From NCBI GenBank assembly GCA_035403225.1, contig DAONET010000009.1:5962-69961 (forward strand): a stretch of 64,000 bases of DNA. Reading direction: 5' to 3'. Of this stretch, positions 8,160 to 17,330 are shown piece after piece. Every line of letters starts with the position of its first letter. Position 1 is the first letter of the stretch. A program made the position numbers and the translations under genes. The notes below the pieces were generated by a model that worked only from the letters and a program-made list of their open reading frames with translations, was not told where the DNA came from and searched no databases. This DNA comes from Bacteroidales bacterium. Its GTDB lineage: Bacteria; Bacteroidota; Bacteroidia; Bacteroidales; FEN-979.

Positions 8160-10229
8160 GTGGGACTGGTTACAGAATACCCGCTTTGGTTCATCCTTTT
8201 TTGCATACTGCTTGGCGCAGCCTATGCCATAGCTCTTTATTACCGTGCCAAATCAGAGGTGAGCCCACGCATGATGATTCTGTTGGCCATTTTCCGCTTT
8301 CTTTCCGTTTTCTTTATTTCTTTTCTGCTGCTTTCCCCGCTCATAAAAAAGCGGGTGAAGACAGTGGAGAAGCCGTTGATCGCGATCGGACTGGATAATT
8401 CCAGGTCTGTCGTTTTGGGGAAAGATTCGGCCTCGTACCGCAAGGATTTCCCGGAACAGATGGCTTCGTTCATTCGCTCACTGGAAAAAAAGTTCGAAGT
8501 GCGGACCTATGTTTTTGGTGAATCGGTGAGAGAAGGAACAGAACCGGGATTCACGGATAAGATCACCAATATCTCTTCATTCTTCGGGGAAATGGAAAAA
8601 CGTCTCGCCGGACGGAATGTAGGAGCCGTGATCATCGCTTCCGACGGGATCTACAACCAGGGGTTGAATCCCGTGTACGCCGTCCAACGGATATCCTGGC
8701 CCATTTATGCTGTCAGCATGGGGGATACCATCCGGAAAAGAGATATCCTCGTCAGGAAAGTCATCTTTAACCGGCAGGCGTTCCTGGGCGATCATTTTCC
8801 CGCAGAGATCATGGTGGAAGCCATGAAATGTCGGGGAGAAACGGCTGTATTAAAAGTGATGAAAGGCGCCAAAACACTGGCTGAGATCCCGGTGAATGTG
8901 AATAGCGACCGCTATTCGCGGAAGTTCGCTGTGCAGATCGAAGCCACTGAAAAAGGATTGCAACACTACACGGTCACTTTATCTCCCGTGAAGAATGAAT
9001 ATACCCAGGTTAACAACCGCCGTGACTTTTTCGTGGAGGTGGTGGATGAACAACAGAAGGTGGCAATCCTGTTCGACGCTCCCCACCCGGATATCGCGGC
9101 TATCCGCGAAGCCCTGGAATCGGGAATCCGCTTCAATGTATCGGTTTCAGAATTGTCCAAATTTTCAGAGAATCCCAATGACTTTGATCTGATCATCCTC
9201 TATCAGCTGCCTTCCGTTTCAGGCGTCATGGAAACAAGCCGGATACTGAAGTCGTCGGCTTCCCTGCTGTATGTCCTTGGTACGCACAGCGACCTGTTCT
9301 CTTTCAACCACCTCGGAACAGGTCTGACCATCACCTCGCAGAAAAGCTCGTACACCGAGTCGCAACCGGTGATCAATCGATCATTCCCGTTGTTCAGCGT
9401 GGAAAAAGAGATGCAGGACGTGATGGATGATTATCCGCCACTGGTATGCCCGTTCGGCACTTACCAGTCTTCTCCTCTTTCCGATGTCTTCCTCTTTCAG
9501 AAAATCGGAGCGGTAACCTCACAGTTTCCCATGGTCATCTTCTTCAGGAACGGGGACAAGAAATCGGGAGTGATAACCGGGGAGAACCTATGGCGCTGGC
9601 GCCTTTCCGATTTTGTACAGAAAGGCGATCATCATGAATTCGATGAATTGATCTCAAAAATCGCCATGTACTTGTCGGTGAAAGGCGATAAAAGCTTCTT
9701 CAGGGTAAATGTGAAGAACCCCATCCCTGAAAACGAGAACGTGGAATTCACGGCGGATGTGAGAAACCAAAGTTACGAACTGATCAATGATCCGGATGTG
9801 ACGCTGGTCATCAAAGACGGCAACGGAAAGCTTTTTCCTTTCGTCATGGCCAAAACGGGGACAGATTATTACCTGAATGCCGGTAATTTCCCGGCCGGAG
9901 AATATTCTTACGAAGCATCTGTGAGCGTTGGAAAGAACAAGTACGTGAAAAAGGGCGCCTTCATGGTCGAGCCCATCAATCTCGAAGCGCTCAATATGGT
10001 AGCCGATTATGCCTTGCTGAATCAACTTACTGTTTCCCATGACGGATATACCACAACTCCTGACGGGTTACCGGAACTGGCGAAAAAGTTGCTTCAACGC
10101 GACGATATTTCCTCCGTATCCCACTTTACGAAACGCTACAGCGACCTCACCGGCACATGGTGGGTTTTCGTGCTGATCATAGGACTTTTAGCCGTCGAGT
10201 GGACTATCCGTAAAAGATCGGGCATGTAG
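8160..10229 (+). CDS. Membrane-anchored VWA-like domain protein of unknown function
   Basis: GTG is the only possible start after the fabG stop. Two N-terminal hydrophobic helices are followed by IAIGLDNSRSV (a DxSxS MIDAS-like motif), and there is a C-terminal TM helix (WWVFVLIIGLLAV). Confidence 0.5.
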   Translation: MGLVTEYPLWFILFCILLGAAYAIALYYRAKSEVSPRMMILLAIFRFLSVFFISFLLLSPLIKKRVKTVEKPLIAIGLDNSRSVVLGKDSASYRKDFPEQMASFIRSLEKKFEVRTYVFGESVREGTEPGFTDKITNISSFFGEMEKRLAGRNVGAVIIASDGIYNQGLNPVYAVQRISWPIYAVSMGDTIRKRDILVRKVIFNRQAFLGDHFPAEIMVEAMKCRGETAVLKVMKGAKTLAEIPVNVNSDRYSRKFAVQIEATEKGLQHYTVTLSPVKNEYTQVNNRRDFFVEVVDEQQKVAILFDAPHPDIAAIREALESGIRFNVSVSELSKFSENPNDFDLIILYQLPSVSGVMETSRILKSSASLLYVLGTHSDLFSFNHLGTGLTITSQKSSYTESQPVINRSFPLFSVEKEMQDVMDDYPPLVCPFGTYQSSPLSDVFLFQKIGAVTSQFPMVIFFRNGDKKSGVITGENLWRWRLSDFVQKGDHHEFDELISKIAMYLSVKGDKSFFRVNVKNPIPENENVEFTADVRNQSYELINDPDVTLVIKDGNGKLFPFVMAKTGTDYYLNAGNFPAGEYSYEASVSVGKNKYVKKGAFMVEPINLEALNMVADYALLNQLTVSHDGYTTTPDGLPELAKKLLQRDDISSVSHFTKRYSDLTGTWWVFVLIIGLLAVEWTIRKRSGM

Positions 10230-10236
10230 ATCTGAA

Positions 10237-10256
10237 TAAACACGGGTCGTGTTTTG
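10237..10256 (+). terminator. Weak hairpin plus T-tract after the VWA protein gene
   Basis: A 7-bp stem (aaacacg-ggt-cgtgttt) with a 3-nt loop is followed by ttg. It is short and AT-rich, so support is weak. Confidence 0.3.
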
Positions 10257-10277
10257 TCAATATAAACATATGTTCAT

Positions 10278-11561
10278 ATGATACAAACTTTTTTTATCAT
10301 TATCCTGGTTATCGTACTATTGAATTATCTGCTCGAAAGGTTTCTGGAATCCCTGAATTTGTCGCGGATGACGGGAGAATTACCGACGGAACTGTCAGGT
10401 ATCTACGATCCGGAACGATATAAAAAATCGCAGCAATACCTGAGAACAAAACAACGATTCGCTCTGATCACCTCTACGCTTACTTTTACCGCCATTCTGG
10501 CAATGCTGATGTCAGGCGGATTCGGGTGGCTCGATTTTCTTTTCCGGGGTATCACTTCGCATCCGGTATGGCTCGCCTTGCTTTTCTTCGGCACACTGGG
10601 ACTGGCTTCCTCGCTGTTGACGATACCTTTTGAACTTTATTCGGTGTTTGTGATTGAAGAAAAGTTTGGATTCAATACGATGACGGTGAAGACATTCATT
10701 TTGGATAAACTGAAAGGATGGTTACTGGGCGGCGTAATAGGAGGGGGATTGTTGGCTCTCGTGACTTTTATCTATACCTCCGCCGGAAGTTGGTTCTGGC
10801 TGCTGGTATGGGGTATCATCACGGTATTCATGGTGTTTATGACCATGTTCTATTCCAATCTGATCGTACCGCTTTTCAATAAACAAACGCCGCTTGATGC
10901 CGGCCCGCTCCGCAATGCCATTGAGGCCTTCGCGAAAAAGGTGGGATTTAAACTGAAAAATATCTATGTCATCAACGGCTCAAAACGGTCAAAGAAAGCC
11001 AATGCTTATTTCACCGGTCTTGGCACCCAAAAACGGATTGTCCTATACGATACGCTGATAGAAAACCATACTACGGATGAATTGGTTTCCGTACTGGCTC
11101 ATGAAATAGGGCATTATAAGAAGAAACACACTACTCAGGGGATCATTCTTTCCATTCTTCAGAACGGTTTCATGTTATTCATTCTCTCCTGGTTCATCAA
11201 ACCCGGCAGTACCGTCTCGGCGGCTTTGTGTCAGTCAATGGCCGGTTTCGCAGATATGGCGGTTCCTCAGAGTTTTCATGTGGGAATTCTGGCTTTCGGA
11301 TTGTTGTACACACCCCTCTCGACACTCTTCAGCATGTTCGAGAATATGCTGTCCAGATCCAATGAATATGCAGCTGATCGCTATGCGGGTGTAAACTTTG
11401 ACCCGACGGCGCTGCAAGAGGCGCTCAAGAAACTATCGGTGAATAACCTCTCCAACCTGAGACCTCATCCGGCTTATGTTTTCTTCTATTATTCTCATCC
11501 AACCCTGTTGCAACGCTTGCAGGCGCTGGAGAAAGTGAAAAAGGAAGGATCTGAGGTTTAA
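10278..11561 (+). CDS. M48 family (Ste24/HtpX-like) membrane zinc metallopeptidase
   Basis: It has multiple TM helices, the LAHEIGHYKKKH (HExxH) motif and a downstream NEYAADRYA motif. Confidence 0.85.
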   Translation: MIQTFFIIILVIVLLNYLLERFLESLNLSRMTGELPTELSGIYDPERYKKSQQYLRTKQRFALITSTLTFTAILAMLMSGGFGWLDFLFRGITSHPVWLALLFFGTLGLASSLLTIPFELYSVFVIEEKFGFNTMTVKTFILDKLKGWLLGGVIGGGLLALVTFIYTSAGSWFWLLVWGIITVFMVFMTMFYSNLIVPLFNKQTPLDAGPLRNAIEAFAKKVGFKLKNIYVINGSKRSKKANAYFTGLGTQKRIVLYDTLIENHTTDELVSVLAHEIGHYKKKHTTQGIILSILQNGFMLFILSWFIKPGSTVSAALCQSMAGFADMAVPQSFHVGILAFGLLYTPLSTLFSMFENMLSRSNEYAADRYAGVNFDPTALQEALKKLSVNNLSNLRPHPAYVFFYYSHPTLLQRLQALEKVKKEGSEV

Positions 11562-12388
11562 AGATCTTTGTGATTCATTACATACGTTACGATTCCCAGC
11601 AGGATGCCGGCATAGATTACCGGGATCAGCAGTGATAACGGTGAAAGACTGTCCTGTATCTGGAATCCAAGCATCCCGGTGAGTTTGGGTATGGACGGGT
11701 ATTCGACGATCCGTATTACGGAGTTCACCGGCAGATAAGTATAAATCTTATTCTCAAACATAAAGGGAGCCTTGAGAAGAAAATAGAGGATGGGCTCGAT
11801 GATGAGGGTATACAGTGTAAACAGGGCAATCGACAATCCGGTGTTGCGTAACATGAAGCCGAAAAAGAAGGCAAAGCACAGGAACGTAAGCATCTGTATA
11901 AAAAATCCGAAGACAAAATCCATATGCCTGAACGCGTCACTGAAAGAACCTAAATCGGTATGCGTAATTCCGAGAATGAAGATGACCATGGTCACAATGA
12001 CCGTCACCGTCAGCGATAAAACCACGAGAAACTGAAATTTGGAAACAAGAAATTCCTTCCTGCTCATACCATTGATGATATTCTGACGAATGGTCTTGTT
12101 AGCAAATTCCTGGGTGATGAGGATGATGACCAGAATGGCGGGGAATATCATCACATAACGGATGCTGGCGAAGAAGGTCATGTTTTGCCAGATATTCGGG
12201 AAGGTGTACAATACGGCCCGTGGTAACGGGATAGGCAGGTGTGAATTAATGTTGGAAACCATGGAGTTGATCATGACTTCCGCGAGCAAAATGCCTAAGG
12301 CCAGAAAGAGAAAATACAGGCCGAAAATGATCCAAAAGGTTTTATATGTAAGGATCTTTTTGAATTCTATTTTCAGAAGACGGATCAT
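11558..12388 (-). CDS. ABC-2 type transporter permease
   Basis: The 276-aa polytopic membrane protein is translationally coupled (4-bp overlap) to the upstream ABC ATPase. Confidence 0.7.
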   Translation of the reverse strand: MIRLLKIEFKKILTYKTFWIIFGLYFLFLALGILLAEVMINSMVSNINSHLPIPLPRAVLYTFPNIWQNMTFFASIRYVMIFPAILVIILITQEFANKTIRQNIINGMSRKEFLVSKFQFLVVLSLTVTVIVTMVIFILGITHTDLGSFSDAFRHMDFVFGFFIQMLTFLCFAFFFGFMLRNTGLSIALFTLYTLIIEPILYFLLKAPFMFENKIYTYLPVNSVIRIVEYPSIPKLTGMLGFQIQDSLSPLSLLIPVIYAGILLGIVTYVMNHKDL

Positions 12389-13281
12389 TGGTTTTCCTGT
12401 AAAAGATTTAAAAAATGTTGTTCAAGACTACGTTTGCGTTCGGCGAGATGCGAGAGCACGATCCCGTTATTATGCGCGAATTCATTGATTTCACCCGGTG
12501 CTACGTCTCCATGGAAGTAAACCTGCAGGTAACCGTTTGAGTGGGTCATGGACTTGAATTGCGGATGACGGCTGATGGTTTCTCCAAGCAGTTGCTGATC
12601 AGCGGCGGCTAACTCAATGCAGTCGGAGATGGCGAGGACTTTACTCACTTCGCCCGAGAAAAGTTTTTTCCCTTTATTCAGCACAGCGACATGCGAACAG
12701 ATCTTCTGGACTTCGTCGAGAAGGTGACTGGCCAGAATGATCGTGATACCTTCGGAAGCTACCTTCAGGATGATCTCTCGTATTTGTGCGATACCCTGAG
12801 GATCCAGGCCATTGGTGGGCTCGTCGAGGATCATGACTTCCGGGTTCCCCAGCATGGCGGAAGCGATTGCCAGACGCTGCCGCATCCCGAAGGAGAAAGT
12901 GCTGAATTTACTTTTTCGCCGGTCCGACAATGTTACCATCTCCAGAACGCGTGTGATATCATCGTGTCCATAGCCTTTGATATCGGCTACGATCTCCAGG
13001 TTCTTTTCCGGAGAGAGATACGGGAAAAAGTTGGGAGTCTCAATAACAGAGCCGATGCGCTTCCGGCTTTCTTTGGAAGGTGGTTGGCCAAACCACTCGA
13101 AGGTGCCGCTGTCGGGAGTGATCAGGTTGAGGGTCATTCCCAGGGTGGTGCTTTTCCCGCTGCCGTTAGGTCCCAACAGTCCGAACACTTCACCGCGTTT
13201 GATCTCAATCTCCAGTTGCTTAACGGCTTGAATCTTTCCGTATCTTTTAGAAAGTCCGTTGATGGATAAGACTGTTTCCAA
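12385..13281 (-). CDS. ABC transporter ATP-binding protein
   Basis: The motifs are Walker A GPNGSGKST, signature-like FSFGMRQRL and Walker B MILDEP. The start codon is TTG. Confidence 0.9.
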   Translation of the reverse strand: METVLSINGLSKRYGKIQAVKQLEIEIKRGEVFGLLGPNGSGKSTTLGMTLNLITPDSGTFEWFGQPPSKESRKRIGSVIETPNFFPYLSPEKNLEIVADIKGYGHDDITRVLEMVTLSDRRKSKFSTFSFGMRQRLAIASAMLGNPEVMILDEPTNGLDPQGIAQIREIILKVASEGITIILASHLLDEVQKICSHVAVLNKGKKLFSGEVSKVLAISDCIELAAADQQLLGETISRHPQFKSMTHSNGYLQVYFHGDVAPGEINEFAHNNGIVLSHLAERKRSLEQHFLNLLQENQ

Positions 13282-13303
13282 GGTTGTAAGGTTGAAATGA
13301 ATC

Positions 13304-13311
13304 CAAAAGTA
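13304..13311 (-). promoter_or_regulatory. Candidate -7 box (TACTTTTG on the minus strand) for the ABC operon
   Basis: The plus strand reads CAAAAGTA, 22 nt upstream of the TTG start. Confidence 0.4.
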
Positions 13312-13354
13312 AAATGGTAAGACGTACGACTCCCTGTTTCGTTACAATTTTTTT

Positions 13355-14062
13355 TCAGAAAGACATCAGAAAAACAGCGGGACGTTTATGAATGTCGGGG
13401 TGTTTGTTGCGCCATTCACCGGCTGTTTTCACCGCGATCCACTCCGAATCAAGGGTCAGGTCCACCGCGATGCAGATGCGTGTTTGCCGGCTGCAGGCCT
13501 CCGACAGGGCTTCCAGCATCTGGCGGTTCCGGTACGGGGTCTCGATAAAAATTTGTGTCTGTCCTGTCTCTTTGGCTATGCGTTCCAGCTCTTTGATTTT
13601 CCGGAAACGTGCGTTTTTTTCGATCGGGAGATACCCGTGAAAGGCAAATTGTTGGCCGTTAAATCCGGAGCTCATCAGGGCCAGGATGATGGATGATGGT
13701 CCGGTGAGCGGGATTACTTTAATGCCCAGGCAGTGTGCTTCCTCCACGATGAGGGCGCCAGGGTCGGCCACGCAGGGCACGCCAGCTTCCGACAGCAGCC
13801 CGATATCTTCGCCGTCCAGCGCGGGCTGGAGATAGGGGAGTAGATCCGAAACGTCGGTGTGCTCGTTGAACACCATCAGTCCGGTCGTCTCAAAAGCTGC
13901 GGTGTAACCGGCTTTTCGAAGAAAACGCCGTGCTGTTGAAGCTTCCTCTGCGATGAAATGATGTAATTTCCCGATCACGGAAAGCGTACCTGCCGGCAGG
14001 GTCAGTTCCGGTGGTGTCGCCCCCAATACCGATGGGATGAGATATAGTGATCCTTTATTCAT
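13355..14062 (-). CDS. SAM-dependent methyltransferase, tetrapyrrole-methylase (RsmI-like) fold
   Basis: The LYLIPSVLG N-terminus and overall pattern match the TP_methylase family. The ATG at 14062 forms an ATGA overlap with the upstream stop. An alternative ATG lies at 14074. Confidence 0.65.
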   Translation of the reverse strand: MNKGSLYLIPSVLGATPPELTLPAGTLSVIGKLHHFIAEEASTARRFLRKAGYTAAFETTGLMVFNEHTDVSDLLPYLQPALDGEDIGLLSEAGVPCVADPGALIVEEAHCLGIKVIPLTGPSSIILALMSSGFNGQQFAFHGYLPIEKNARFRKIKELERIAKETGQTQIFIETPYRNRQMLEALSEACSRQTRICIAVDLTLDSEWIAVKTAGEWRNKHPDIHKRPAVFLMSF

Positions 14063-15027
14063 TTTCTGATCCATGGGAGATCATCCAGGTCAACGTTACC
14101 TCCGGAAAGGATGATCCCGACCTTTTTTCCGGCTATGTCCACTTTCTTTTCAAGCAGCGTGGCCAGTGGCACGGCCGACGAAGGCTCTGTCAATATCTTC
14201 ATACGTTCCCAGATCAGCCTCATCGCGCGTATGATGGAGGATTCGCTGCAGGTGACCACGTCGCTGACATGCGCCAGAATGATGGGGAACGTGATGCTTC
14301 CCAGCGATGTGCGGAGTCCGTCGGCGATAGTCTTTGGATTGACGGAAGGGATGAATGTCTTTTGGTGGAACGAACGTGAAGCATCATCGGCCATCTCAGG
14401 CTCGGCGCCTATCACGCGTGTAGATGGAGAAAAATAATGAACGGATAGTGCAGTTCCGCTCAGTAGTCCTCCTCCTCCGACGGGAGCCATGATCAGGTCA
14501 AAACTTTCGCCGTCTTCGATCATCTCGAGCGCTGCTGTCGCTTGTCCGGCAATGATCCGCACATCGTTGTAGGGATGGATCTCTATGGCGCCGGTGTCAG
14601 CTTTCACAGAGGCCAGGGTTGATTCACGCGCTTCGAGGTTAGGTTCGCAGAAGGTGATTAGTCCGCCATAACCCTTTACTGCATCAACCTTCACTTTGCT
14701 GGAGTTGGATGGCATGACGATGTAGGCTTTCGTGCCTGCCAGGGCAGCGGCACGGGCCAGTGCCTGCGCATGGTTTCCGGAAGAATGGGTGCAGACTCCC
14801 CGCTGAAGTTCCCCGGGAGTCAGGGAAAAAACGGCATTGGTGGCGCCGCGGGCCTTGAAAGCGCCTACTTTTTGAAAGTTTTCGCATTTGAAAAAGATAC
14901 GGGCTCCCGTTAACCGGTCGATGGTGTTACACGTCAGCAGGGGGGTACGGTGTATCCGACCGGCGATCCGGGCAGCAGCTTCTCTGATATCTTCGGAAGC
15001 AGGCGCCGTGAAAGAGTGATCATTCAT
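14059..15027 (-). CDS. PLP-dependent serine/threonine dehydratase or serine-racemase-like enzyme
   Basis: The motifs are FFKCENFQKVGAFKARGATNAV (PLP lysine) and the glycine loop APVGGGGLLSG. The start was trimmed to MNDHSF at 15027. The longer track ORF overlaps the upstream gene. Confidence 0.8.
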   Translation of the reverse strand: MNDHSFTAPASEDIREAAARIAGRIHRTPLLTCNTIDRLTGARIFFKCENFQKVGAFKARGATNAVFSLTPGELQRGVCTHSSGNHAQALARAAALAGTKAYIVMPSNSSKVKVDAVKGYGGLITFCEPNLEARESTLASVKADTGAIEIHPYNDVRIIAGQATAALEMIEDGESFDLIMAPVGGGGLLSGTALSVHYFSPSTRVIGAEPEMADDASRSFHQKTFIPSVNPKTIADGLRTSLGSITFPIILAHVSDVVTCSESSIIRAMRLIWERMKILTEPSSAVPLATLLEKKVDIAGKKVGIILSGGNVDLDDLPWIRK

Positions 15028-15487
15028 TTTTCCGGAGGATTGATTGGGCAATCTTCTCGCAGACAGGGTCCAACTGCATGAAAACACTCTCAAATTCGGC
15101 GTAGCCATCGTAATAGGGATCCTTGACCGGGAGGTTGGCGCCCGGAGTGAGGACATTTGTGGCGAAGTCCACTTTCTGCCGGTCTTTGTCGTTTCTGGCT
15201 ATGCGGATCGCCTTCTGATAGTTGGCACTGTCCATCACATAGATCCGGTCGAAGACGTCAAAGTCTTTCACGGTTAAAAGGCGTGCAGCATGACCGGAGA
15301 TATTGATTCCGTTTTCCCGCGATACCCTGATAGCCCGCTCATCAGGCATATCTCCGATATGAAACGATTCGAATCCGGCTGAATCAACCACTCCTTTTAT
15401 CCCGTAGTTCCGGAATTTCTGACTGAGAATTCCTTCGGCGATGGGCGACCGGCAGATATTGCCGGTACAAACGAACAGGATGTTCAT
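15020..15487 (-). CDS. Low-molecular-weight protein-tyrosine phosphatase
   Basis: It has the CTGNICRSP (C-x5-R-S) active-site loop near the N-terminus and a DPYY motif. Length is 155 aa. Confidence 0.9.
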   Translation of the reverse strand: MNILFVCTGNICRSPIAEGILSQKFRNYGIKGVVDSAGFESFHIGDMPDERAIRVSRENGINISGHAARLLTVKDFDVFDRIYVMDSANYQKAIRIARNDKDRQKVDFATNVLTPGANLPVKDPYYDGYAEFESVFMQLDPVCEKIAQSILRKNE

Positions 15488-15501
15488 AAAAGGTCGGAGG
15501 G

Positions 15502-16938
15502 TTATATCTTGATCCTTTTATCGAGTTCTTCAACAAACTGACGGAATTGTTTATCAGTCTCAACCAGGTTGTTCACGGTGCGGCAGGCATGTAATACCGT
15601 TGCATGGTCCTTGTTGCCGCAATGTAATCCGATGCTGGTCAGGGAAGCCTTGGTGTGCTTCTTGGAGAAATACATCGACAATTGCCGTGCCTGTACGATC
15701 TCTCTCTTTCTGGTTTTGGAGTGGATCAGGTCGATAGGGATATTGAAGTAATCGCACACCACCTTTTGAATATAGTCTATAGAGATTTCGCGCGAAGTGT
15801 TCTTAACGAACTTGTCGATCATCTGTTTGGCCAGGTCAAGGGTGATGACCTTTTTATTCAGGGATGATTGAGCGAGGAGGGAGATGAGGGCTCCTTCGAG
15901 TTCGCGGATATTGGTATTGATGCTGTACGCCAGATATTCCACCACTTCGGTCGGGATCTGGATGCCGTCGTTGTAAAGCTTTTTCTGCAGGATGGCGATT
16001 CTGGTTTCGAGGTCGGGAACCTGTAAGTCGGCCGATAAGCCCCATTTGAAGCGGGAAAGGAGCCGTGGTTCGATCCCTTTCATTTCCACCGGCGGTTTGT
16101 CGGAGGTGAGAACGATCTGGTTGCTCTTCTGATGCAGGTGGTTGAAGATGTGGAAGAATACATCCTGGGTTTTTTCTTTCCCTGCCAGGTTGTGAATATC
16201 GTCAATGATCAGAACGTCGATGATCTGGTAAAAATGGATAAAGTCGTTCTGGTTGTTATTCTTGACCGAATCGATGAACTGGTTGATGAACTGATCGGTC
16301 GTGACATATAATACCGTTTTCTCGGGGAATTGTTGCTTTACCTGTAAGCCGATGGCGTGAGAGAGATGGGTCTTTCCCAACCCGGTCTGGCTGTACAACA
16401 ATAACGGGTTAAAGGCTGTTTTCCCGGGGTTGCTGGCAACCGCGAACCCGGCAGAACGGGCCAACCGGTTACAATCACCCTCAATGAAATTATCGAATGA
16501 GTAGGTTTCAATCAGTTGAGAGTTGACCTTTATCTTTTTCAATCCCGGGATGATAAAGGGATTGGGAATCTCTTTGGATGTTCCCCTGTTCAGGTCAAGG
16601 GGCATGGACACGGGCGGATTAGCCGTTGCTTTTTTATCCGTGGTGGGTACATTTATAGTGATCGGACCAGGGTCTGCTTCCGAGTTGTCCATGATGATGT
16701 TATACTCTAACCGTCCGTTACTGCCAAGTTCTTTTTTTATGGTCTTCTTCAGAAGGCCAATGTAATGCTCTTCCAGCCATTCATAGAAAAACTGACTAGG
16801 AACCTGGATCGTGAGCACATTGTCCTGAAGTTTGACCGGCCTGATAGGTAAAAACCAGGTTTTAAAACTTTGGTAGTTGATATTGTCCTTGACAATATTC
16901 AGACAGTTTTCCCAAACTTCAACAACAGTTTTTTCCAT
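15502..16938 (-). CDS. dnaA: Chromosomal replication initiator protein DnaA
   Basis: It has the AAA+ Walker A GLGKTHL, Walker B IIDDIH and the C-terminal DNA-binding signature DHATVLHACRTV. Confidence 0.95.
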   Translation of the reverse strand: MEKTVVEVWENCLNIVKDNINYQSFKTWFLPIRPVKLQDNVLTIQVPSQFFYEWLEEHYIGLLKKTIKKELGSNGRLEYNIIMDNSEADPGPITINVPTTDKKATANPPVSMPLDLNRGTSKEIPNPFIIPGLKKIKVNSQLIETYSFDNFIEGDCNRLARSAGFAVASNPGKTAFNPLLLYSQTGLGKTHLSHAIGLQVKQQFPEKTVLYVTTDQFINQFIDSVKNNNQNDFIHFYQIIDVLIIDDIHNLAGKEKTQDVFFHIFNHLHQKSNQIVLTSDKPPVEMKGIEPRLLSRFKWGLSADLQVPDLETRIAILQKKLYNDGIQIPTEVVEYLAYSINTNIRELEGALISLLAQSSLNKKVITLDLAKQMIDKFVKNTSREISIDYIQKVVCDYFNIPIDLIHSKTRKREIVQARQLSMYFSKKHTKASLTSIGLHCGNKDHATVLHACRTVNNLVETDKQFRQFVEELDKRIKI

Positions 16939-17330
16939 TAATACAATACCTTGAAAGATGAAACCGAAAAATTACCAGATAATACTTATTAATCAAGGCG
17001 TTGGATCACGTCTTTTTTAAAACGAAATCCATGGGTGTGATTGACTCTTTTTGATTTAACAAAATTTTGAAAAAAATGTTGAAAGAAAAAATTTTTCCCT
17101 GTTGATTTTGTCAAAAAAAAATTCTAAAAGGCTTTCTGTAGTAGCTTTTCAGCATGCCCCCAAATGCCTGATTTACTTCAAATCATTTGCCGGACAAAGG
17201 ATTGAGCAATCGCTGAAAATCTTATTTTTACCACATCTAAATTTTAAAGAACAGAAAATCAGATAAATATAAATGTTCCGAAATGGTTTATTAAAAAACA
17301 GTCTGAATCGAAAACCAAATCATTTGATAT

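Noticed and set aside
17001-17009. The 9-mer TTGGATCAC upstream of dnaA recurs as its reverse complement GTGATCCAA at 61058-61066 upstream of gyrA. I considered it as a shared regulator or DnaA-box variant.
   Set aside because: One 9-mer match between two ~350-bp regions on either strand is about what chance predicts (expectation near 1). The sequence also does not resemble the DnaA box consensus.
16939-17330. Calling this region oriC outright.
   Set aside because: No perfect or one-mismatch DnaA boxes are visible by eye, I cannot compute GC skew here, and Bacteroidota origins are not always next to dnaA. It is kept only as a low-confidence finding.
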